DNA from: a virus
Virus genome (UHGV): UHGV-0046263
Length of the DNA: 36,252 nucleotides
Direction: 5' to 3' (one strand)
Position 1 is the first letter of the stretch. Each line of letters starts with the position of its first letter. The notes under the pieces were generated by a model. It saw only the letters and a list, made by a program, of their open reading frames with translations. It did not search any database and was not told the origin of the DNA. The position numbers and the translations under genes are program-made. Shown here piece by piece: positions 19,068 to 28,237 of this stretch.

Positions 19068-19480
19068 TGACTGTGCTGGTTGTGTTGTTATCACTGGCGG
19101 TGGCCGGTCTGTTTCTGGTGAAACACAAAAATGCCAGCCTGCGCGCCTCGCTGGACAGGGCGAACAACGTCGCCAGCGGGCAGCAGACGACCATCACCAT
19201 GCTGAAAAATCAGCTTCATGTTGCGCTCACCAGGGCAGACAAAAACGAGCTGGCGCAGGTGGCACTGCGTCAGGAACTGGAGAACGCCGCGAAGCGTGAA
19301 GCACAGCGCGAGAAAACCATCACGAGGTTACTCAATGAAAACGAAGATTTTCGCCGCTGGTATGGCGCTGACCTGCCTGATGCTGTGCGCCGGTTGCACC
19401 AGCGTCCGGCCTGCACTGACGCCAGTGATTGTCCACAACGCCTGCCCGAAAGTGAGTCTTTGCCCGATGCCGGGCAGTGA
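19055..19480 (+). CDS. lysB: LysB, Rz-like inner-membrane spanin
   Basis: 141 aa from MSRLMTVLVV (N-terminal TM helix then a charged coiled-coil-like region); GAGGGG ribosome-binding site. Confidence 0.7.
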   Translation: MSRLMTVLVVLLSLAVAGLFLVKHKNASLRASLDRANNVASGQQTTITMLKNQLHVALTRADKNELAQVALRQELENAAKREAQREKTITRLLNENEDFRRWYGADLPDAVRRLHQRPACTDASDCPQRLPESESLPDAGQ

Positions 19481-19625
19481 CCCGGAGACGAACGGCGATT
19501 TAAGTGCCGATATCCGGCAGCTTGAGAACGCGCTGGCACGCTGTGCCAGCCAGGTAAAAATGATTAAACACTGTCAGGACGAAAACGATGCTCAAACCCG
19601 ACAGCCTGCGCAGGGCGCTGACTGA
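19335..19625 (+). CDS. lysC: LysC, Rz1-like outer-membrane lipoprotein spanin, overlapping lysB in another frame
   Basis: 96 aa from MKTKIFAAGMALTCLMLCAGC with a lipobox-like LCAGC signal; overlaps the lysB 3' end and the R start. Confidence 0.6.
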   Translation: MKTKIFAAGMALTCLMLCAGCTSVRPALTPVIVHNACPKVSLCPMPGSDPETNGDLSADIRQLENALARCASQVKMIKHCQDENDAQTRQPAQGAD

Positions 19626-20055
19626 TGCCGTCACGGTGCTGAAAACTAACCCCGATATGCTGCGGATATTCGTGGATAACGGGAGTATTGCCTCCACACT
19701 GGCGACGTCGCTGTCATTCGAAAAGCGTTACACGCTCAATGTGATTGTGACCGACTTTACCGGTGATTTTGACCTGCTCATTGTGCCGGTGCTGGCGTGG
19801 CTGCGGGAAAATCAGCCCGACATCATGACCACCGACGCAGGCCAGAAAAAGGGCTTCACGTTTTATGCGGACATCAACAATGACAGCAGCTTTGATATCA
19901 GCATCAGCCTGATGCTGACCGAGCGAACGCTGGTCAGTGAGGTGGACGGCGCACTGCATGTGAAGAATATCCCGGAACCCCCGCCGCCGGAGCCGGTCAC
20001 CCGCCCGATGGAGCTTTATATCAATGGCGAACTGGTGAGCAAGTGGGATGAATGA
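19588..20055 (+). CDS. R: Tail completion protein R
   Basis: 155 aa, P2 gpR length and position. Confidence 0.8.
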   Translation: MLKPDSLRRALTDAVTVLKTNPDMLRIFVDNGSIASTLATSLSFEKRYTLNVIVTDFTGDFDLLIVPVLAWLRENQPDIMTTDAGQKKGFTFYADINNDSSFDISISLMLTERTLVSEVDGALHVKNIPEPPPPEPVTRPMELYINGELVSKWDE

Positions 20056-20500
20056 GTTTAAGCGTTTTGAAGACCGGCTGACCGGACTGATTGAGTCGCT
20101 GTCACCGTCAGGGCGTCGGCGGCTGAGTGCAGAGCTGGCGAAGCGTCTGCGGCAGAGTCAGCAGCGTCGGGTGATGGCACAGAAAGCCCCGGACGGCACA
20201 CCCTACGCGCCACGCCAGCAGCAGAGCGCCAGAAAAAAGACCGGTCGTGTTAAGCGAAAAATGTTTGCGAAACTTATCACCAGTCGTTTTTTGCATATCC
20301 GCGCCAGCCCGGAACAGGCATCAATGGAATTTTACGGCGGGAAGTCGCCGAAAATCGCCAGTGTGCATCAGTTCGGTCTGTCGGAAGAAACCCGGAAAGA
20401 CGGTAAGAAAATTGATTATCCGGCGCGTCCTCTGCTCAGCTTTACCGGTGAGGATGTGCAGATGATTGAAGAGATTATCCTGACTCACCTTGAGCGTTAG
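20048..20500 (+). CDS. S: Tail completion protein S
   Basis: 150 aa, P2 gpS length and position. Confidence 0.8.
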   Translation: MNEFKRFEDRLTGLIESLSPSGRRRLSAELAKRLRQSQQRRVMAQKAPDGTPYAPRQQQSARKKTGRVKRKMFAKLITSRFLHIRASPEQASMEFYGGKSPKIASVHQFGLSEETRKDGKKIDYPARPLLSFTGEDVQMIEEIILTHLER

Positions 20501-20530
20501 TTTTATCCAGGCAGAGGCTGATGCGCAATT

Positions 20531-20565
20531 AAACATTGAGCGGCCATGCTGGTCGCTCAATGTTT
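20531..20565. terminator. Hairpin between convergent S and the membrane-protein moron (putative bidirectional terminator)
   Basis: Perfect 12-bp inverted repeat AAACATTGAGCG / CGCTCAATGTTT with an 11-nt loop; the U-tract is weak. Confidence 0.45.
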
Positions 20566-20571
20566 AGAGGT

Positions 20572-21357
20572 TTATGAGTGATTTTTATTTGATGCTTTGT
20601 ATTCTAAAACCTTCTTATTGGCGTAAAAGAATTTTGTATATGACAGGAATATAACCAGACCTGAAGTGAAATAGACGAGGGATAGTATTAATAATGCTTT
20701 TTTGTGACTGTTATTATCTTTAATCTCCTGGCTTAACCATTCGGAGTCCTCCTCGTTTAGCTGTAAGAGCTTATTGCAGGCGATCTCAGGAAGTGTGTCT
20801 TTTATAAATACGTTTTGCAGTCTCTTGCAATCGGCAAGGCTATAAGTTTTATTAAATTCAACTGCTTTATTTTTGAAGGATAAAAGAACTTTGTCACTAT
20901 AAACATAGTACATCATGTTTTTATATGGTATGCCTATGGCATCCCTTACTATAACGGATTGTTCGTTGTGTATGTAACATGCGAGGAGAATGTAAAAAAT
21001 ACTGGCCAGAATTACAATTATTGTTTTAATTATGTGTGGTGGTTTTGTTATGTCACCCCAGATGCGAGTAAGGAAAAAATACGATGTTTTTAGTTTTCCA
21101 TCAATCAGTCCCTGCTGTATCATTCTCACATTTTCAATGCCTGATACATTGATTCCATTAATTATTTTAAATAGTTGAATGTCGCGCCACTCGCGGTCAA
21201 GTCTTTTTAATTTTTTGTCTGAATATCCAAAATTGAAATAATGTGCAATAAGCCTCATAAGGTTACTTTTACCAAAGCTAAAAAATGCTAATACTGCAAA
21301 GCTACAAAGGAAAAAAACGATTAGCCCCCACACATTAGTCACATTATAGCTGACCAT
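20572..21357 (-). CDS. AT-rich moron: 261-aa integral membrane protein of unknown function (P2 orf30 position)
   Basis: Opposite strand to the late genes; strong AAGGAG ribosome-binding site; hydrophobic segments at the N-terminus, middle and C-terminus; AT-rich. Confidence 0.7.
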   Translation of the reverse strand: MVSYNVTNVWGLIVFFLCSFAVLAFFSFGKSNLMRLIAHYFNFGYSDKKLKRLDREWRDIQLFKIINGINVSGIENVRMIQQGLIDGKLKTSYFFLTRIWGDITKPPHIIKTIIVILASIFYILLACYIHNEQSVIVRDAIGIPYKNMMYYVYSDKVLLSFKNKAVEFNKTYSLADCKRLQNVFIKDTLPEIACNKLLQLNEEDSEWLSQEIKDNNSHKKALLILSLVYFTSGLVIFLSYTKFFYANKKVLEYKASNKNHS

Positions 21358-21373
21358 TACGCTCTCCTTGAAT

Positions 21374-21379
21374 GTTGTC
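21374..21379 (+). promoter_or_regulatory. TGTTGT element in the V late-promoter region
   Basis: Located 62 nt upstream of the V start codon, with a TATATA-like element downstream. Confidence 0.3.
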
Positions 21380-21440
21380 TGGTAGTTCTACAAATGAATC
21401 CAGATAGCATAACTTTTATATATTGTGCAATCTCACATGC

Positions 21441-22082
21441 ATGAACACTCTCGCAAATATTCAGGAACTCGCGCGCGCACTGCGCAACATGATTCGCACC
21501 GGCATTATCGTCGAAACCGACCTTAACGCCGGTCGCTGCCGTGTGCAGACCGGCGGCATGTGCACTGACTGGCTTCAGTGGCTGACCCATCGTGCCGGTC
21601 GTTCGCGCACATGGTGGGCACCTTCCGTGGGGGAGCAGGTGCTGATTCTGGCCGTGGGCGGTGAACTCGACACGGCGTTCGTTCTGCCGGGGATTTATTC
21701 CGGCGATAACCCCGCGCCGTCTGCGTCGGCGGATGCCCTGCATATCCGTTTCCCTGACGGGGCGGTGATTGAATATGAACCCGAAACCAGTGCACTCACG
21801 GTAAGCGGAATTAAAACAGCCAGCGTGACGGCTTCTGATTCTGTTACTGCCACGGTGCCGGTGGTCATGGTGAAAGCATCAACCCGCGTCACCCTGGACA
21901 CACCGGAGGTGGTCTGCACCAACAGGCTGATTACCGGCACGCTGGAAGTGCAGAAGGGCGGGAAGATGCACGGCAACATCGAGCATACCGACGGGAAATT
22001 CACTTCTAACGGCGTTCAGGTGGATGACCACGGTCACGGTGGTGTTAAGTCAGGTGACAACTGGACGCAGGGGACAAAATGA
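21441..22082 (+). CDS. V: Baseplate spike protein V
   Basis: 213 aa from MNTLANIQELARAL; P2 gpV position. Confidence 0.85.
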   Translation: MNTLANIQELARALRNMIRTGIIVETDLNAGRCRVQTGGMCTDWLQWLTHRAGRSRTWWAPSVGEQVLILAVGGELDTAFVLPGIYSGDNPAPSASADALHIRFPDGAVIEYEPETSALTVSGIKTASVTASDSVTATVPVVMVKASTRVTLDTPEVVCTNRLITGTLEVQKGGKMHGNIEHTDGKFTSNGVQVDDHGHGGVKSGDNWTQGTK

Positions 22083-22426
22083 CAGCGCGTTATCTCGGAA
22101 TGAATCGCAGTGATGGCCTGACTGTCACTGACCTTGAGCATATCAGCCAGAGTATCGGCGATATCCTGCGCACGCCGGTCGGCTCACGGGTGATGCGTCG
22201 TGATTACGGCTCGTTGCTGGCGTCAATGATTGACCAGCCGCAGACCCCGGCGCTTGAGTTGCAGATTAAGGTCGCCTGTTACATGGCGGTGCTGAAATGG
22301 GAACCCCGCGTCACCCTGTCATCCGTTACCACGGCGCGCAGCTTTGACGGGCGAATGACGGTCACGTTAACCGGCCAGCACAACGACACCGGCCAGCCAC
22401 TTTCATTAACCATCCCTGTGAGTTGA
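22079..22426 (+). CDS. W: Baseplate protein W
   Basis: 115 aa, as P2 gpW. Confidence 0.85.
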   Translation: MTARYLGMNRSDGLTVTDLEHISQSIGDILRTPVGSRVMRRDYGSLLASMIDQPQTPALELQIKVACYMAVLKWEPRVTLSSVTTARSFDGRMTVTLTGQHNDTGQPLSLTIPVS

Positions 22427-22430
22427 AACC

Positions 22431-23339
22431 ATGCCGATTATCGACCTGAACCAGCTACCCGCACCGGATGTGGTCGAGGAGCTGGACTTTGAAACCATTC
22501 TTGCCGAACGCAAGGCGACACTGATTTCCCTTTACCCGGAAGACCAGCAGGAGGCGGTCGCCCGTACCCTGACGCTGGAATCCGAGCCTCTCGTCAAACT
22601 GCTGGAGGAAAATGCGTATCGCGAGCTTATCTGGCGTCAGCGTGTGAATGAGGCTGCACGGGCGGTGATGCTGGCCTGTGCAGCCGGTAATGACCTTGAT
22701 GTGATTGGTGCCAATTACAACACCACGCGCCTGACTATCACCCCGGCAGATGATTCGACTATCCCGCCGACACCGGCAGTGATGGAGTCTGACACCGATT
22801 ATCGTCTGCGTATTCAGCAGGCGTTTGAAGGCTTAAGCGTCGCCGGGTCGGTGGGAGCCTATCAGTATCATGGTCGCAGTGCCGACGGGCGTGTCGCGGA
22901 TATCTCTGTCACCAGTCCGTCTCCGGCCTGTGTCACCATCTCTGTGCTGTCACGTGAAAATAACGGTGTGGCATCTGAAGACCTGCTGGCTGTGGTGCGC
23001 AACGCCCTGAATGGCGAGGACGTCAGACCGGTGGCCGACCGTGTGACCGTGCAGTCTGCCGCCATCGTTGAATACCAGATAAATGCCATGCTTTACCTTT
23101 ACCCTGGCCCCAAAAGCGAACCCATTCGCGCTGCCGCCGTGAAAAAACTGGAAGCGTATATCACGGCACAGCACCGGCTGGGGCGCGACATCCGACTGTC
23201 TGCCATTTATGCCGCTTTGCATGTGGAAGGCGTGCAGCGTGTCGAACTGGCTGCACCGCTGGCCGACATCGTGCTCAACAGTACGCAGGCGTCTTTCTGT
23301 ACCGAATACCGCGTCGTGACCGGAGGCTCGGATGAGTGA
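22431..23339 (+). CDS. J: Baseplate protein J
   Basis: 302 aa, as P2 gpJ. Confidence 0.85.
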   Translation: MPIIDLNQLPAPDVVEELDFETILAERKATLISLYPEDQQEAVARTLTLESEPLVKLLEENAYRELIWRQRVNEAARAVMLACAAGNDLDVIGANYNTTRLTITPADDSTIPPTPAVMESDTDYRLRIQQAFEGLSVAGSVGAYQYHGRSADGRVADISVTSPSPACVTISVLSRENNGVASEDLLAVVRNALNGEDVRPVADRVTVQSAAIVEYQINAMLYLYPGPKSEPIRAAAVKKLEAYITAQHRLGRDIRLSAIYAALHVEGVQRVELAAPLADIVLNSTQASFCTEYRVVTGGSDE

Positions 23340-23862
23340 TTCGCGCCTGCTGCCGACCGGCTCATCACCGCTTGAAGTCGCCGCTGCAAAAGCCTGTGCG
23401 GAAATTGAAAAAACGCCGGTCAGTATTCGTGAGCTGTGGAACCCGGACACCTGCCCGGCAAATCTGCTGCCGTGGCTGGCGTGGGCGTTTTCGGTCGACA
23501 GATGGGATGAAAAGTGGCCGGAAGCGACCAAACGCGCCGTTATTCGCGATGCCTATTTCATCCACTGTCATAAAGGCACTATAGGTGCAATCCGGCGTGT
23601 GGTGGAGCCGCTGGGCTATCTCATCAACGTGACGGAGTGGTGGGAAACCAGTGACCCGCCCGGCACCTTCCGGCTTGATATTGGTGTACTGGAAAGCGGT
23701 ATCACAGAGGCAATGTATCAGGAAATGGAACGGCTGATTGCTGATGCCAAACCTGCAAGCCGCCACCTTATTGGCCTGAACATTACCCGGGACATTCCCG
23801 GCTACCTGTTCGTCGGTGGTGTGGCTTATGACGGCGATGTAATTACGGTTTACCCCGGATAA
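23332..23862 (+). CDS. I: Baseplate protein I
   Basis: 176 aa, as P2 gpI. Confidence 0.85.
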   Translation: MSDSRLLPTGSSPLEVAAAKACAEIEKTPVSIRELWNPDTCPANLLPWLAWAFSVDRWDEKWPEATKRAVIRDAYFIHCHKGTIGAIRRVVEPLGYLINVTEWWETSDPPGTFRLDIGVLESGITEAMYQEMERLIADAKPASRHLIGLNITRDIPGYLFVGGVAYDGDVITVYPG

Positions 23863-23872
23863 GTGAGGAATA

Positions 23873-25918
23873 ATGAGCACAAAATTCAAAACCGTTATCA
23901 CCACTGCCGGTGCAGCAAAGCTGGCAGCGGCAACCGCACCGGGAGGGCGGAAGGTCAACATTACCACGATGGCCGTCGGGGATGGCGGTGGTAAATTGCC
24001 TGTCCCGGATGCCGGACAGACCGGGCTTATCCACGAAGTCTGGCGACATGCGCTGAACAAAATCAGCCAGGACAAACGAAACAGTAATTATATTATCGCA
24101 GAGCTGGTTATTCCGCCGGAGGTGGGCGGTTTCTGGATGCGTGAACTTGGCCTGTACGATGATGCGGGAACGCTAATTGCCGTGGCGAACATGGCCGAAA
24201 GTTATAAGCCAGCCCTTGCCGAAGGCTCAGGGCGTTCGCAGACCTGCCGCATGGTCATCATCGTCAGCAGTGTGGCCTCAGTGGAGCTGACCATTGACAC
24301 CACAACGGTGATGGCAACGCAGGATTACGTTGATGACAAAATTGCAGAACATGAACAGTCACGACGTCACCCTGACGCCTCGCTGACCGCAAAAGGTTTT
24401 ACTCAGTTAAGCAGTGCGACCAACAGCACGTCTGAAACACTGGCCGCAACGCCGAAAGCGGTAAAGGCCGCGTATGACCTTGCTAACGGGAAATATACCG
24501 CACAGGACGCCACCATAGCGCGAAAAGGCCTTGTCCAGCTCAGTAGTGCGACCAACAGCACGTCTGAAACGCTCGCCGCAACACCAAAAGCCGTTAAGAC
24601 GGTAATGGATGAAACGAACAAGAAAGCGCCATTAAACAGCCCTGCACTGACCGGAACGCCAACGACGCCAACTGCGCGACAGGGAACGAATAATACTCAG
24701 ATCGCAAACACGGCTTTCGTTATGGCCGCGATTGCCGCCCTTGTAGACTCGTCGCCTGACGCACTGAATACGCTGAACGAGCTGGCGGCGGCGCTGGGCA
24801 ATGACCCGAATTTTGCTACCACCATGACTAATGCGCTTGCGGGTAAGCAACCGAAAGATGCCACTTTGACGGCGCTGGCGGGGCTTGCTACTGCGGCAGA
24901 CAGGTTTCCGTATTTTACGGGGAATGATGTTGCCAGCCTGGCGACCCTGACAAAAGTCGGGCGGGATATTCTGGCTAAATCGACCGTTGCCGCCGTTATC
25001 GAATATCTCGGTTTACAGGAAACGGTAAACCGAGCCGGGAACGCCGTGCAAAAAAATGGCGATACCTTGTCCGGTGGACTTACTTTTGAAAACGACTCAA
25101 TCCTTGCCTGGATTCGAAATACTGACTGGGCGAAGATTGGATTTAAAAATGATGCCGATGGTGACACTGATTCATACATGTGGTTTGAAACGGGGGATAA
25201 CGGCAATGAATATTTCAAATGGAGAAGTCGCCAGAGCACCACAACAAAAGACCTGATGAATCTTAAATGGGATGCTCTGTATGTTCTTGTTAAAGCCCTT
25301 TTCAGCAGTGAAGTAAAAATATCTACAGTCAATGCGCTGAGGATATTTAATTCATCTTTTGGTGCTATTTTTCGCCGTTCTGAAGAAAACCTGTATATCA
25401 TTCCTACACGAGAAAATGAGGGTGAAAATGGAGATATTGGGCCATTAAGGCCATTCGGCATCAACTTAAGAACAGGAGTTGTGTCTGTTGGTAATGGTGC
25501 CAGGATTGATGGCGGGCTGGCACTTGGCACGAATAACGCGTTGGGTGGGAACTCTATTGTTCTTGGTGATAACGACACCGGATTTAAACAAAATGGCGAT
25601 GGTAATCTGGATGTTTATGCTAATAACGTCCATGTTATGCGCTTTGTTTCCGGAAGCATTCAAAGTAATAAGACCATAAATATTACGGGGCGTGTTAATC
25701 CCTCGGATTACGGTAACTTTGATTCCCGCTATGTGAGAGATATCAGACTTGGCACACGTGTTGTCCAGACCATGCAGAAAGGGGTGATGTATGAGAAAGC
25801 AGGGCACGTAATTACCGGGCTTGGTATTGTCGGTGAAGTCGATGGTGATGACCCCGCAGTATTCAGGCCAATACAAAAATACATCAATGGCACATGGTAT
25901 AACGTCGCACAGGTGTAA
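23873..25918 (+). CDS. H: Tail fibre protein H
   Basis: 681 aa; conserved N-terminus MSTKFKTVITTAGAAKLAAA; internal tandem repeats; AT-richer, divergent C-terminal receptor-binding part. Confidence 0.85.
   Translation: MSTKFKTVITTAGAAKLAAATAPGGRKVNITTMAVGDGGGKLPVPDAGQTGLIHEVWRHALNKISQDKRNSNYIIAELVIPPEVGGFWMRELGLYDDAGTLIAVANMAESYKPALAEGSGRSQTCRMVIIVSSVASVELTIDTTTVMATQDYVDDKIAEHEQSRRHPDASLTAKGFTQLSSATNSTSETLAATPKAVKAAYDLANGKYTAQDATIARKGLVQLSSATNSTSETLAATPKAVKTVMDETNKKAPLNSPALTGTPTTPTARQGTNNTQIANTAFVMAAIAALVDSSPDALNTLNELAAALGNDPNFATTMTNALAGKQPKDATLTALAGLATAADRFPYFTGNDVASLATLTKVGRDILAKSTVAAVIEYLGLQETVNRAGNAVQKNGDTLSGGLTFENDSILAWIRNTDWAKIGFKNDADGDTDSYMWFETGDNGNEYFKWRSRQSTTTKDLMNLKWDALYVLVKALFSSEVKISTVNALRIFNSSFGAIFRRSEENLYIIPTRENEGENGDIGPLRPFGINLRTGVVSVGNGARIDGGLALGTNNALGGNSIVLGDNDTGFKQNGDGNLDVYANNVHVMRFVSGSIQSNKTINITGRVNPSDYGNFDSRYVRDIRLGTRVVQTMQKGVMYEKAGHVITGLGIVGEVDGDDPAVFRPIQKYINGTWYNVAQV
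24395..24600 (+). repeat. Tandem duplication (about 129-bp period) inside H encoding the repeated peptide SSATNSTSETLAATPKAVK
   Basis: Two near-identical DNA copies (core AGTGCGACCAACAGCACGTCTGAAAC) at about 24413 and 24546. Confidence 0.6.
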
Positions 25919-25921
25919 TTT

Positions 25922-26449
25922 ATGCAGCATTTAAAAAATATTACTGCGGGTAATCCAAAAACTGTTGCCCAATATCAACTGACAAAAAATTTTGATGTTA
26001 TCTGGTTATGGTCCGAAGAGGGAAAAAACTGGTATGAGGAAGTAAGTAATTTTCAGGAAGACACGATAAAGATTGTTTACGACGAGAATAATATAATTGT
26101 CGGCATCACCAGAGATGCTTCAACGCTTAACCCTGAAGGTTTCAGCGTTGTCGAGGTTCCTGATATTACCTCCAACCGACGTGCTGATGACTCAGGTAAA
26201 TGGATGTTTAAGGATGGTGCCGTGATTAAGCGGATTTATACGGCAGATGAACAGGAGCAACAGGCAGAATCACAAAAGGCAGCTTTACTTTCCGAAGCTG
26301 AATCCGTGATTTTGCCGCTGGAACGCGCTGTCAGGCTGAATATGGCGACGGATGAGGAACGCAGCCGACTGGAAGCATGGGAACGCTACAGCGTTCTGGT
26401 CAGTCGTGTGGATCCTGCAAATCCCGAATGGCCGGAAATGCCGCAATAA
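25922..26449 (+). CDS. G: Tail fibre assembly chaperone G
   Basis: 175 aa immediately downstream of H. Confidence 0.8.
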   Translation: MQHLKNITAGNPKTVAQYQLTKNFDVIWLWSEEGKNWYEEVSNFQEDTIKIVYDENNIIVGITRDASTLNPEGFSVVEVPDITSNRRADDSGKWMFKDGAVIKRIYTADEQEQQAESQKAALLSEAESVILPLERAVRLNMATDEERSRLEAWERYSVLVSRVDPANPEWPEMPQ

Positions 26450-26712
26450 GTTGTATGATCTCTGGTGTGAGCTTACATATCTATAGCACAGAGTAAAGCC
26501 TAATCTGACAGTCCGCTATGTGCCAAGAGCGGACATTCCTGACCAAGTTATGTTAATCTGCCTGTAGAAAGCCTTGGTTAACTGCTCTACGTTTTTCCTA
26601 CTTGCTTCTAACGCTTAAATATTCGGAAAGCAAAAAACATGTAACATGAGGCTTGGTAAACAACCCACTCGGTTCATCATTAGATAAAATTAACAGCAAT
26701 ATAGGTGAGCAA

Positions 26713-27714
26713 ATGTTTGAAGAGCATAATGAAGATAAAACAGTTCAGGACAGCGTAAGAAAAATGTTTTTAGCCTCTATTCCAGAGCGTCAGAATGAAC
26801 TGGATGAGTTCTGGTCTAAATTTAACATGACCTTCCAAAATCATAGCGATAATCATACAGACGGTAAATTTATTTTTGATGCGGGGATGTATCGATTTAT
26901 CCGCTTCAATCATCGTGTTTTGCGCACGTTCTGGATAGGAACATTTGCTGCAATGGCGGGCTACGAAGCAATAAACACTGAGCAAAATAAAAAAATTGAA
27001 GACATTATCGATAAAAGGGATTCTATTTTAGATCTTTTTGACTCAAAGAAAATATCATTAGTCTCAACCGAGTCAGAATTACATGTTTTACTCGAGGAGC
27101 TACAGGAAGAACTTGCTGATTTCAGTTCGGCAGACTTCGTAAACTTTGAACAGTTAATCTGCGCTTTTGAAAACACGGCTAAAGATGAGGTACCGGATGA
27201 AAAACCACTACCAATAGGAATTCCTGAACCTGGCACCATGCCTGACAGTAAAATCGAACCAGTTAAAAGAGCAACAGCTGAATTAGCAATTATTGCTGCT
27301 GCTTGGGCATTTTTGCATGAAGTCCGACATATCATTCATCAGCAGGAAGGTACCAGTTATGATATGAATGAATTCACACAAGAACAAGCTCATAATGAAG
27401 AGTTCTCATGTGATGAGTTTGCAACTAAATTCATCCTTGACCATATAGATAATTACTGTGAAGAGTCTATGTATGACCGTGTGTTGGTGAGCAGGAAAAG
27501 AAGACTTTCTATATACTGTGCATTATTCAGCGTTACTATGTTAGGTAAAAACAACTGGGGTTTTTCAAAATCTCACCCTTCACTTCAGGATAGAATAAAT
27601 AAAGTAAAAGCATTAATGAAAGAGCCTGATGATGAGGTTCTCGAATATATTGTGGAGACTATGTTTAAGTCTATTGCTAGAATCTGGCCAACCGTTCCTA
27701 CTGTCAAATTCTGA
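26713..27714 (+). CDS. AT-rich cargo protein, 333 aa, with an HExxH zinc-metallopeptidase-like motif (Z/fun position)
   Basis: AGGTGAG ribosome-binding site upstream of the ATG at 26713; HEVRH within AWAFLHEVRHIIHQQE; acidic helical N-terminal half; followed by an intrinsic terminator. Confidence 0.7.
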   Translation: MFEEHNEDKTVQDSVRKMFLASIPERQNELDEFWSKFNMTFQNHSDNHTDGKFIFDAGMYRFIRFNHRVLRTFWIGTFAAMAGYEAINTEQNKKIEDIIDKRDSILDLFDSKKISLVSTESELHVLLEELQEELADFSSADFVNFEQLICAFENTAKDEVPDEKPLPIGIPEPGTMPDSKIEPVKRATAELAIIAAAWAFLHEVRHIIHQQEGTSYDMNEFTQEQAHNEEFSCDEFATKFILDHIDNYCEESMYDRVLVSRKRRLSIYCALFSVTMLGKNNWGFSKSHPSLQDRINKVKALMKEPDDEVLEYIVETMFKSIARIWPTVPTVKF

Positions 27715-27743
27715 CGTAGGGTTTTCGCGCTTTAAAAAGTTTA

Positions 27744-27769
27744 AAGTGATGTCTGCGCATCACTTTTTA
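27744..27769 (+). terminator. Rho-independent terminator downstream of the HExxH gene
   Basis: Stem AAGTGATG / CATCACTT with a 6-nt loop followed by TTTTT. Confidence 0.6.
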
Positions 27770-28237
27770 GAATATGAAATTAAGTTCTCCGGCCCTGTTC
27801 TATGAAACATATTCTTAATAAATAAGTGATGTTTACTAACAAAGCTCGTGATGTTGAAACTCACTTCCCGTAAAACAGATGTGCTATTGGGCAGAGTGAG
27901 ATATCGTCCGATCATTAACTGAACTTGACCAACTCAACGTTGAACAATGCACCTTGCTACAAGTTATAAACAACTTTTGGGTGATGACAATTGCGAACTT
28001 CTGATTATCGCTCGAAGCTGTCTCTCGATGTCTACTGTGTGCCAGGAGCGGACGTAACGAATAATTTTTTGTGTGGAGCAATGGGGAGCAGGCCACTAGC
28101 CCAAATGGCCTTGCTGAAGAAACATGAACCTGGCTACAGCGTATGAGCATTACAATGAAATCCTCCGCACAGGGCCCTAGGATACCACTCACGGAGTAAA
28201 TACCGGAGCCAAATATAGCGGTTCAAGAACTTCAATT

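Noticed and set aside
21357-22003. Minus-strand ORFs (21357..21743, 21523..21795, 21695..22003) overlapping V
   Set aside because: Antisense to baseplate gene V; low-complexity Arg/Pro-rich translations typical of spurious GC-rich frames.
22868-24075. Minus-strand ORFs overlapping J, I and the start of H
   Set aside because: Antisense to conserved baseplate genes.
24403-25930. Antisense ORFs within H, including a 293-aa frame at 24697..25578
   Set aside because: H is supported by its conserved N-terminus and context; the antisense frame has biased low-complexity composition.
27884-28192. 102-aa minus-strand ORF in the spacer between the HExxH and HNH genes
   Set aside because: No ribosome-binding site and no recognisable features; kept only as part of the spacer finding.
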